A DNA stretch of 58,308 bases, the filler included, from Basidiobolus meristosporus CBS 931.73 (lineage: Eukaryota; Fungi; Basidiobolomycota): the NCBI GenBank assembly GCA_002104905.1. It is 2 parts of 2 records of this genome, joined end to end, with 100 filler letters (N's around TTAATTAATTAA, not from the genome) between each part and the next. Parts side by side here need not be neighbours in the genome. Positions count along the whole stretch, not along the records: positions 1 to 27,918 come from MCFE01000893.1; 1 more part is not named here. One strand, written 5' to 3'. The translations under genes and the position numbers were made by a program. Under the pieces are notes generated by a model that made no database searches, was not told the DNA's origin, and saw only the letters and a program-made list of their open reading frames with translations. Below are positions 1 to 11,500 of the stretch, one piece after another. Within the stretch, counting starts at the first letter, position 1. Every line of letters begins with the position of its first letter.

Positions 1-99
1 GACCTGCATCATCGGAGAATTGAACCTCATTGTGGTAGGTTGATTTAAGATGGTCAATCCTAGAACACCGCAAGGACTATTTATACTTGCCAGTTGGTG

Positions 100-2000
100 G
101 AGACCAGCCAAAATGCTGGTGGCACAATGCCAATATAACCATTTCGGTGTGGAGCTGAGTCTTCAATTTAGGAAGTGCCGTCTGCGAAATTCCCTCGTAT
201 CACTCCATATTACTCAACGGGGCTTCCTGACCAGGTTGTGGGTATCACGACGCTGCAGACGGGGGGAACAGCGCGAGTGCTCGTCCTCTACGTGCAAATT
301 CCCGTTTTCTTCTGGTAGGACTCTAATCCAATTCTGGGGAGATACCGGTCAATAAGCTCAGCTACGGTAGCATCTCTTCACACTCGATGAACACGAGAGC
401 AACTCAATGGCTGCTGGAAACGGCGGTGGACAAATCATCCACGAGGCATATATCCATTCCAACGCAGGTTGCATCGGCAAAAATATTGTATGGAGCATCC
501 TCCTCTGTCTTCTAGGTGTGATTCCGTGACCTTGCGCAGAGTAACTAGCTTGTTAATGTCCCAGTAGTCTCCGCGCTACATACTTGGGACCAAGGTGCTT
601 GCTCCATATGCACATATTGTACTGCTTCTGGTCGCTGAAATGGCGGAATCAATCCATTACGATACGATCATTTCCGCTTTAACCATCTGATTACTGCTGA
701 TTGCACTCACCAACGAATTCTCCGGAATACCACTCTGTTTCCATCTGGGTGCCACAATGTGACGGATAGATCCCACCCTTGATCCAAGCAACTCCCCAGT
801 GAAATCCCTATATCTTCAGCGTTGCTGGCTCTCTAGGGAGAAATTCTTTCGATTCTTCGGTCATTTCCATTGTAGATCCTTACTGAGTTCATGGGAGTCC
901 AGATGGATTGGCAATGGAACAATCTAGGGAATCCCTCTACTGCATCTGACGGTAACTTCGTTGCGACCGGCAACCAAGGCTGAGAAGGGGGCTTTGAAAA
1001 TCTTCCCAGCACCGTCTAGCATACAGAAGTGCCTGGTAGAGTCCAATCCCATACGCGATTCAAGCCAGTTGCATCATATACAGACGGATCATGAATACTT
1101 TCACTACCCATAATCCCCTAGTAGTGACGGTCCGCAATTATGAGGACGAGTTGGTGCGCGTATAAACCATGTGTATTCAGTCAGCAAACGCATCTAGCTG
1201 AAATACAATGATTGGGGCACCAAATGTACTTTATCGGATCTTACAACCATACAGTTCATATCATCAAATCCTCGCTAAAGCGCTCACTCGTAGATTAGCA
1301 GTCGTGGCGGAGCGAGGTGTACGGATGTGAGGCCATAGATACTGAGGCGCAGCGTCATTCTGAGATATCAACGGAAAGTAGGCTGGTATTGGGGATTTTC
1401 GACTCTCGAAGGTGGGTCGCTCGACCGCGAGTTTACCTTTTGTGTAAAGCTTGTCAAGTGATACCGTCCCACCTGGGAAAATCGGACATAGAAGCATCCA
1501 CTGCTCCTTTTGGATGCCTTGGTAGCAGACGCTGGCCTGCCGAAACTCTGGTGTATCCTGTTTATATAAATGAGCGCATGTTCTACGACGTGCATAGCAC
1601 GCGCACCTCGCACTCCATTGTTTTGGAAGTCACCGCACCAAAGGTATCACTGGCTCAACCCAGATCGAATTTTAGAAGTTCAACCAATCCCGTGCTCATT
1701 GGGTGGGAAAGCTTAGGATCCGTACACAGGCGATTTGCGGTTGTCAGGGTATCAGAGTAATTTATCGGCTGAATGAAAATTCGTTTAACAATGTCCCACT
1801 TGACCGCCTTAATACCAGTCGATTCGCACTGGTATTCCCTGGAAACCGTTCAGCCGTCTATGTGGTATGAATGGCCATTTGTGATTCCCTCTCAGGCGCT
1901 TCTGAGGCTCGACCGAGGCTCACTTGCAATCATCGCTAGGTTGGCCTGGGAAAGTGATGAGCTCGAGAAGCAGGCCCTGTTGAAATGCAACTGACCGGCT
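100..2000 (-). pseudogene. Possible highly degenerate Ty3/gypsy pol relic
   Basis: Minus-strand fragments read TSKIRSGLSQ (cf. SKIDLRSGYHQ), ALIYINRI (cf. VLVYIDDI) and RVWDWT, in RT-like order, but are broken by many stops and frameshifts. Boundaries approximate. Confidence 0.25.
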
Positions 2001-3587
2001 TGCACGACTCCTAGCAAAGTGCTAGGACTGCGTTATATCATATCTTATAAAAGCGGCACATCCGATTGAACAGGCCTCAGATATCCCTGTTTTTCAAATC
2101 AAGCCGTGTGCCTACGTGTGGTGTTGCCCCCAGTTAAGGAGATGCCTCGATTCTTTGGCCTCCCTAGTGGTATATCCGGGGTGTACTGAGCATTTGTTCG
2201 TGAGGCTGTGCTGGCATATGTCATGGTTGTTGATTCAAGGAATTTGAAGATGGCTAGGGTATCTATATTTGACGTCAATGGCTCTGCTTCTCTCATAAAG
2301 AAACTGATGAAATTCCTCAACGTTATGCCACCGTGACGGGCAGTGTCACCGCTAGCCAGTCATGGGATTCGGCCGCTCAGGAATTGCGTTTGTTGAGTAC
2401 ATTCAATCTTGCCTCAGGAAGATGGGGATGCGGTAGAATGATGGGAATTTCGCAATCCCATTTCCAAAACCGACCCTCCCAAGATCTCCCACCATCCAAC
2501 TTTATTGTGGTTTGGGGTGGTTCTGTCCTACGTAGCAGCCCATCCCTTTCGGCGGTTAACTCGGACTGGAAAATCCGGTCCTGTCGTTACACGCGGTGAT
2601 TGGTTGGTTCTGGCGCGGGTGGATTACTTTTAATAATGGTCCCAAGGTTGACGATTTGGCCTTGACCACGTCCACTGCGGTCCGTCCATTCTCTCGTATG
2701 GTCCTGATGGGTTCCGAGATTTCCGTGTTCCACTTGCTTCGTTTGCTACCAGAGTTCGACGAATCCTTGGCTGGATGTGACTAAACGAAGGATGCCCACC
2801 CGGGTAAGGCAGGTGATTGATTGACTTGTACGATCCCAACATTGGCTTGAAGAACCTTATACAGGTCGATTGGTGTTGGTTGGGATGGGGAGGGGCTATA
2901 GTGTTTACCCAGCATATACATACATATATTTCGTCATGGTGTTCCGGATGAGTTGAAGATGATTAATATCACTCTAAATCATTCAAGCATCATGGATTTG
3001 TGCCTTGTGGAATGATGAGGCTCCAAAGTTGATTTCATGGGATCTTTTGTTGGTTTAGCAGAGCTCCAACCTACCGATGAGATCAGGATCACTCTACAAC
3101 ATCCCAAGCATGATATCCTTGCTTCCTAAGCCCATCCCTGAATTTTCTTCTGCGGTGAATGGTTGGCTTCCGTCCAACAATACGATTCCATCTTGGTCAG
3201 CTTACTTGTGCTCAGTTGAAGGTGGTTCTGCTTAAGTGACCTCTCCATAATACACTCAGCATGTAATGTTGCAGAGCCTAGTTCCGTCTTGAACCAATGT
3301 ATATACAAGTGCAATACCCACATGTTTCTACCATTATGCTCATATGGCATCTATATGCCCTTCTTGATATATATAGTTACACTACTCAGTGCAACAAGCT
3401 GGAAAAGTGACTTTCCTGCTGGCTCACCTGTCAGGCTTTTGTCTCAGCCAGTCACAAGTAACCAAAGGACGGGTTAAAATGCCTTGTATTGCTGCTACTC
3501 CTCTATACTGAACTCTTACCTGGAGGCGGAGCTGTGGCCAATGGAGGGAGGTATAGGCGAAATCATGAAACCGCTGCCACCTCACAC

Positions 3588-3906
3588 TGTTGCGAGAGTA
3601 CTGGAGAGATGGGAAGTGAATGGGAGAGCAAGTGGATTGTGTGGCTTTACTTAACAATTTATTGGATATGGAGGTGGTATTTCTACTCCTACATGGTCTT
3701 GGCAAGACAAGCACATACACCATGTTCCGGGGGATCCCAAAACCATGTGTGCAAAGTTTGGGGGCTTCGGGACAGCCTGTGAAATTTTCATGTTCAGCGT
3801 ACCAGAAATTTTGGTGAAAATACTCAAGGTAGGTTCTGACAAAGAATATGAGCAGGAGGTAGGGAAGTGAATGGAATGTTTCGGTGTAAGTATGCGATTT
3901 ACCACG
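3588..3906 (-). mobile_element. Old solo LTR of the copia family found at 43.6-49 kb
   Basis: Aligns by eye with the LTR at 43645-43995 (gggaagtga..caagtggatt..catggtcttggca..atgtgtgcaaagtttgggg..attttcatgttc..ttttggtgaaaata). Flanked by CACAC (3583-3587) and CATAC (3907-3911), a 5-bp TSD with one mismatch. Confidence 0.65.
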
Positions 3907-5161
3907 CATACTACCTAGCCCAGGTGTGCTTTGGGGTGTTTTTCGGTGGGAGTTGATACTGGAGCATTTATGTATCCTTTGAGTCCAAATAAAGCATTTC
4001 CATCTTGTTTCGAATATCTGAAGTTGCTGAATGGGTGTGTGCTAAGAAATGCCATAAACCAGTATATGTAAGCTTGAGGCCTAATGGGCGACCTTGACAA
4101 TTCCCTCCATCAGGTGCTATCACGGTTCAGATGGTATGGCGAATGAATCCTTGGAAATCGGATTCGTGTACGAAATCCTATTGCATGATGCACCAGATGC
4201 TATACTTACCATGTCCAACTGCATTGGCATCAAGCTAAACTCAGTATATGAGCATCAGAATGGGGGGAGCAGGCTGGGTTAAACCACTACGGGTACGTTT
4301 CCTATGAAATTACTTTCTTAAATTTGCCCTCGTAGAAAAGTATACGAGAGCTCAGCGCCTCTTGACCGATATGCTGTCCAATTTGGCCCGCGTAAACAGC
4401 CCTCTCGTTGATACATCCTGTAGAGCCAACAACGGGATTCACCAAGGCATCGAAAAGAAGGTGGTCGAGTATGGGCAGGATGTGAAGCCCGGAGGGATTC
4501 TATCGTGGCCAGTTCCACGGATTCCAATGTTGGCTTCCAATCACTGCCGCATGTTGGCCAATATGCTTTTCATCCAGATGCGGCCCAATCAGTAGCTGAC
4601 CGGATGTCGAAAGTGTTGCCGGAGCGAGTTGTTCGGAGTATATGAGGTTTGGCGATGTATTTATCATGTGTAATCGGTACGTGAGCTCGGACCGCAGTAG
4701 GGTATGCCGGTTAGATTCCTGATGAGCAGGTTGAGATGTGCACCACATAGTGAGGTAAGCATCTCACTAAGATGGTGGTGGTTGCTGGGTGTTCGCAAGG
4801 CCAAGTCCCATCCATAAAGGGCCGGTCCCATGTTGATACACAGATTGGCATCAATTTGAATCAAGCTCAATTCCTATAGCTGTATGCTAACAGGTTGAGC
4901 TCGAGAATGCTTGGCCGTCATTCCGCAGAAGGTGCACTCCAGTGAGAGTTTGGGTTGACAAGCAGGCAACCTGCTTCAACATGTTCTTGTTGAAGTTAGA
5001 GATGGATCAGCAGAGTGCTTACCTTTACCATGAATTGATTCACTAGGGTCGATTGCAGTAAGGAACTTTGATTTCCCATTTGATGGCGGCAGCCATATGT
5101 TACACCAACTATGGACCAGCATAAATATCGGCAAGGGAAGAGTCGGCACACCATCTTCAAC

Positions 5162-5443
5162 ATGAAATCCCTTTTTGTAGTCTCCGCTCTTCTTGCGCTC
5201 GCCCAGGTTGCTCACTCAAAGGTCTACGCTACGATTTATGATGGGTACGACTTCAATGGTAACCAAGCAGACATTACCGCGGCAAGATGCGTGAATGTTA
5301 CTCCAAGACACTCCGTCCGAGTTCGCACCGGCAGCTGTGCTATTTACACCATTATGGGCTGTGCGGGGGCGACCATTCACGACAACATCAGAAGCTCGTA
5401 CAAAACCCAGTATGCCTTCGAAAGTATCCGCTGTAGGGATTAG
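5162..5443 (+). CDS. Small secreted cysteine-containing protein (93 aa), beta/gamma-crystallin-like pattern
   Basis: ATG at 5162 gives MKSLFVVSALLALAQVAHS (signal peptide) then KVYATIYDGYDFNG..RCVNV..GSCAIYTIMGCAG..IRCRD (4 Cys). ATAAATA TATA-like box at 5121-5127; AATAAA at 5483-5488. Confidence 0.8.
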   Translation: MKSLFVVSALLALAQVAHSKVYATIYDGYDFNGNQADITAARCVNVTPRHSVRVRTGSCAIYTIMGCAGATIHDNIRSSYKTQYAFESIRCRD

Positions 5444-7793
5444 CGCGGTGCTCCAAAGCACGTAACGCCTGGACCGGGCGGCAATAAAACTGATTGTTCC
5501 AAATACGGCTAATGGTATTGTGTAACACTGCATGGTTTCAGTGTTGGTAACCGAATGAATTGATTCGTCGGGATAGGGTGCAAGCGTGTGCTGTCATAGG
5601 GTATATCACAGTGAGATTGTCGATTCGGGGAGTCCGCATTATAAAGTGTGCCTTCAAATGCCACAAACTCAACTATACACTCTTTGTATGAGCACCAGAG
5701 CAACTGGAAGTCGATCTGCCTTGCGTAAATGAAGAAACATGCGCTGGGATCAGTGAAGGGGAAACCCGGCATACAGCTAACCACTGGTAACCATTCTGAT
5801 AGGGCGACCTCTGAGTATGTTTGTCCAAGCTTCAAATGCTGTCTGGTATTATTTAGCTACGCTCATTTTAGGGAAAAGAATAAGTGTCCGACAAATCCCT
5901 GCTACTGTCAATTGGTCGCAAATGCGCCGGTTGGAGAAAAATCAAGAAATATCATTGCCAAACTTGTTGCGAATTGCCGTGTCCTATCAGCCTCACAATC
6001 AACTGACCCAATGGCTGCAGTACTTGAGTAGTCTATAATACCCTACAGAGTCACTGGTTATGATGTGTAACTGCGGCTATCGGTATTCTGGCGTTCTTGC
6101 AGCTGAGAGCAGACAATCTCAACATCAGTATACCGATTGTCCACATTGGCTTGTGGTGTGTGGAATTCATGATAAAGCCCGGATGTTATCATATGGTGGC
6201 TCTGTACCTGCTGTAGGCCAATGCTCTTGTGCATATTGCAGCTATTGCCATTGGAAATTCCCATCATATTTCTGTCAATGTATTTTTGATTAGCACATAT
6301 TGCTAGGTCAGCTGGGATAGCTCTACACACAACTAGCTTGAGTATAAATATCTATAGCTTGAGACAAACTTATGCTATAGGTTCTTGATGAACTCAAAAG
6401 CTCAATGTTCACACTGCCTATGTTACCCTTTTACTTCCTGGGTCATATGCATATATTGATGCAAGTCTCAGCCTCCTACTTTTTAGTAACCCCATTAATA
6501 TCAACAAGTCCTTGGGCCATGATGGACTGACCTTTGGGACTTCTTATTAGTCAATAGAGTTGCATACCTCATAAAGACAGCACAAAAGAAAAAATACAAT
6601 GGAAAGCTGCACTACAGGTTTTAAGTCTACATGCCAGTGGGAGCATACAAGGAAATACACTACAAGAAACAAAGTTGAGATGGAGAATAATCTGAGAGTT
6701 ATAGAATTCTGAAGGGAGGTAATGTACTAATTGTTTGCTGTCAATTGAGCCACATATACTTGTTGCACTTATCTGTTACCTAACTTTTCCCCAAAGAGAA
6801 ATTGTCACAGAGCAAATGTATACCATCCTGATTTTATCTGCATTCTAGGCTTCTCTTGACTAACTGCTCTTAAAATTCAGGTACTACCCACTTGAAGTTC
6901 AAACAAGTATACTTCTTTGAAGAAGACCAGTACAACACACACTTCTCTCAGATTTTGTAGTAAACTGCTTACACCAGATATCCAGTATTGCAGCTACAGG
7001 CTAGAAGAGAAAACACCAACAGAGTACCAGCAAAATATAAAAAGAATGCAAGCAGAATGTGAGTAGATTATCAGGGGAATGGTAGGTGGGAGAGTCTCTG
7101 TAAGGTTTGAAGATCAATGAACATTCAATGCATAAGTGTATCAAACCTACTGTAGACACTAGTTGGCATTATCTCTGCAGTACAGCTGCCTACACCCAGT
7201 CCTGTGTAATGCCAACACACCAATCCATCATATGTTATTTCATCTATCTACATCTCCTTGTCCCTTTCATATACATCACTGTGAAACTGTACCTTGCTAT
7301 TGATTTACCCACTACTACTATGTGTAGTTCATAATAATTTCAAGCCAAAAAAGTCATGGGCTCCTGCTTACTTACCTCCAAATATATGCAAAGATGCCAC
7401 AATTGTTACACTTCTATTACCCTAACTTTACAGCTATTCAGTGTGATAACTGCAAAGTTTCCATACACCTTATGTTACCAGTGGCATGTACATCTGACAG
7501 GTAAGTGGTTGGTTGCTGCCACTTTTGCCATGACAACCTCTTAGGTATCTGCAAACACTTTTTGGAAACTGATCAATAGACTTGTGCCATTGGATACTGC
7601 CATACTTAGCCATGAGTGCCAAAAAATGCCATAATGCTTCTGAAAGGCAAAGTAGACCTATACTTTGCCACTGAGTGCAAAAAGCTGCTCTACATATTTA
7701 TGCATAGTAGCCTTTGTACTTCACTCCTGTATTGGAGAAAATCCAATTTGTGACCTTTTTTAGGATTTATACTGTGCATGATGTATAACAGTG

Positions 7794-8490
7794 TGTTGTG
7801 CATCAACATTTAAAACTTAGCCAATTTTACTCCGTTTGAAAATCTAGTACCCTAACTGATTTTCCCTAACCCAAACATAACAAATCCCAGTTACAGTTTA
7901 TTTTATCCCACCTCAGAATCTATTTTTAGCTATCACACCTGATCTATTTTCAAATGGTCATTACGTTATCAACCTATCTGCCAAGCCTTCCCAGGTGATT
8001 AGTCATCTGAGATCTATCCAACCACGGTGCAGTTGCCAAGACATCAGTTGATTGATGATGTAATTTTCATTTATCTTATGCACCTATGAACACCCAAATT
8101 TATCTCAATCAATCCAGTCCCTTGGCACTTACTAATTCAACTTGATCAGAAAAGTATAAATAAAGTTTACTGAACCTTTTGGTTTAGTGTGTGTCTCAAC
8201 GAAATTAAGATTCTGTCTCAGCAAAAATAAGAATCCATCAATTCCGTTCTAGTTTCTATCCAAGCCTAGTATATCTAGCACTCCAAAGAACACCAAGCCT
8301 AGCCTGCCCAGCAAACAAATATCATTGCCTTTATAGCCAACCCAGCTATATCCAAGACCAATATTAGATCAGAATCTTTCTGCTAATATTTCTGCCACTC
8401 TCTGACAATTCTAAGATTCTGCACTTAATTGTCCCTTTGGTTCAGTTAAACCATTCAAGAGCTTTATTACACTTTCTCTTGGATACAACA
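7794..8490 (+). repeat. 5' LTR of chromovirus
   Basis: Direct repeat of 13016-13712 with about 10 substitutions counted by eye; TATAAA at 8155-8160. Confidence 0.95.
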
Positions 8491-8530
8491 TTTTTTTTGT
8501 TGAATTCCATTACATTCAGCCAATTAGAAG

Positions 8531-11500
8531 ATGTCCTCAGCAGCAAGCAATCCAAACCTTTCCATGTTTGAAGAAGCCAGAAGAAATCAGGAAGAACTTA
8601 CTGAACAGCTTGAAAACATCATGCTTGAAAGAAATACCATGATGCTTGAGCACTCAAAGCTTGCCCAAACAAGATCTGATAATCACCGTAGAGATGAACT
8701 CCTTGAAGTTATATCCGGTTACCAAGATGAAATTGGAATAATTAAGGAAGCACTGGAGAATATTGCCATAGTAATTGACAGCATTGAAAATCCACCAAGC
8801 CTTGCTCTGCATCAGCCACCAAGAAGTCATGCCTTTGAATCCTCCAGATCTACATCTCCTTCTAGACCTGCCCCGGTGGTTGTCCCAAGATCCTTGCCTG
8901 TTTATGCTGAAGGCACCAATGCTATCAAGAATCCAACTGAGTTTCTTTACAAGTTTAGTCACATCTTAGCTGCACACCAGCTAGACCCTGACACCAACTG
9001 GGCTAGACTTCTGCCTCTCTGTCTCACAATGCAAGATGCTGACTGGGTTGAAGTGAACATTCCTTCCAATAGTACGTGGAAAATTGCCCAAAACCTCTTT
9101 TGCAGCCATTTTGAAGATCCTCTCAAGAAAGCACATCTGAACTGCAACTTATGGAAAACTAAAATGCAAAAAGGTGAATCTGTGCAACACTTCTGTGATA
9201 GATTCCAAAGACAAATGAGATTAGCTGGAGTTAGTGATGATAATCCATTGCTTACAGCTCATTTTCTTTCAAACTTTTCACACCAGCTACAGAGCAATAT
9301 TGCTATTGTCAAAGCATGCAACCCTGCACGTACCTATGACCAGATCTCAGAGATATGTACACTGGCAATCACCTTGACTGCAGCTGTTAGCCAGACTTCA
9401 GGCAGCTCAACCCAATATCCCACAACAGCCGGAAAAGAGACCAGTCATGTGACCAAGAAGCAGTCAACCGCTACTAAGCACTGTGAGCTTCATGGAAAAT
9501 GCTATCATTCTACCAGTGAATGCAAAGGCATCACCAAGCAGTCAAATAAGTCAGGAAACACCGCAGAAAAGCAGCAAAACACCAATACTGATAATCCATA
9601 TGCAGATGACAAGTGCTTTAAATGTGGAAATAGGGGACATAGATCACCTGCCTGTCCTGAGAAGAACTCCACACCATCAGCCAAAATTACCCAGATCCTT
9701 GATGATCATTCAGCCAATGATACAATGGGGTATGAAGAAGCATATGAAGAACTTACAGTTCAAGATTATCACAACCTCTTTGAGTTTCCGGCTAAAATTG
9801 CAACTGTTCAAGAAAAGAAGCAACCAATCACACAGCTCAAAGCCATAGAAGTGCCACTCACCCTCAATGGCCAATCATACGTAGCACTACTGGATACTGG
9901 ATCATCCAACTCTATTGTATCACCCAATGTAGTCAGAGAACTCAATTTGGAGATAGAAAAACGACCAGGAAAAATCATTCTTGCAGCTAAGGATCTCTCA
10001 GCCCCAAGAATTGGCATTACCAACCCAATCAACATACATTGTGGCTCAGTAACCATAATCCATCAGATGGAAGTGATTGACATACCTGATGGACCTCAGG
10101 TAGTCATTGGTCTGGACACCTTCACCAAACTTGGCTTTCACATAGGCAGACTACCGGTTTCCTATCCAGGAATCACTAAATCTCAGCCGCTCATAATGGA
10201 TCAAATCCCAGAGATTATCTCATCCCAACCAGAAGAAGAAGAGTTAACCCCAACTTTTCAAGAATATTCTCAATCAGTCAAACTGGATATTCAGCCGGCC
10301 ATAGAGAGAAATCAGGCCATTCCAAGGAACAGCTTCTGCACCATCCCAGAATCCATTGTTACACTAGAGACCCCACCTGGTGAGTCAACATGGAGGAGGC
10401 AATACCCAATTCCGCATTCATGTCAACACTTAGTTGATGAGATAGTCCAAAAATGGGCTGACAATGGAATTATCACTCAAGCCCCTGTCAACACAACATT
10501 CAACAGCCCTTTGACGCTTGCACCAAAGAAAGATGCTGATGGAAACCTAACCCTGAAGAGACCCTGTTTGGACCCCAGACCTCTGAACAAGCTTCTCCAA
10601 GATGACAAGTTTCCAATTCCAAGAATCCAAGATATCTTTTCCGCATTATCAGGAGCAAAAGTATTCTCCAAGTTGGACTTGAAGGATGCATATCACCGAT
10701 TCCAGATCCATCCTGATCATCAGCATAAGACTGCCTTTACTTGGAATAATATGCAATGGATGTTTCAGGGAGCTCCCTTTGGCCTAAAGACACTTACCAG
10801 CAAGTTCCAGAGAGTCATGACTATAATACTCAAGAATGCACCATACGCATTGGTATTTGTTGATGATGTCATCATATTTTCCACTAACCGTGATGATCAT
10901 GCTACCCATGTTACTGATGTAATCAACATACTGACAACTGCTGGACTGATTCTCAATGCTGAAAAGTGCAGTTTTGCCTGCCTCAAAATCAATCTACTTG
11001 GATTTATAGTCACACCAGCTGGCCACCAATTAGATCCTTTCAAACTGGTCAATATCCCAGAATGGCCAAAACCCACTAGCGCCAAGCAACTTCAACATTA
11101 TCTTGGAGTATTCAACTATTTCAGGGAACACATACCACTCTTGTCCTCATTGAGTGCCCCTTTAGATGCATTACGCCATAGGCCTGATCTCACCTCAGCT
11201 TGGAACAAGACTCATGACCAAGCCTTTGAGTCACTCTGCCAACTGCTTCCACAAGCACCTACCTTATCCTACCCAGACTTTACTAAGCCCTTTGTTGTTG
11301 CTACAGATGCATCTAATGTTGGGTTAGGGGCAGTCCTCTATCAAGATGAAGACCAAAATCCGCCTCACTGGATCTCTTTCCAAGCCAGGTCCCTACAACC
11401 TGCTGAGAGAAACTACTCTGCTACCAAGAAGGAGCTACTTGCCATAGTCTTTGCCTTGAAGAAGTTTCATCAGTATCTATGGGGTAATCCTTTTACCTTG

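Noticed and set aside
4094-4900. Cluster of 60-80 aa ORFs on both strands
   Set aside because: No motif, splice-consistent model or codon bias; probably non-coding or unrecognisable relic DNA.
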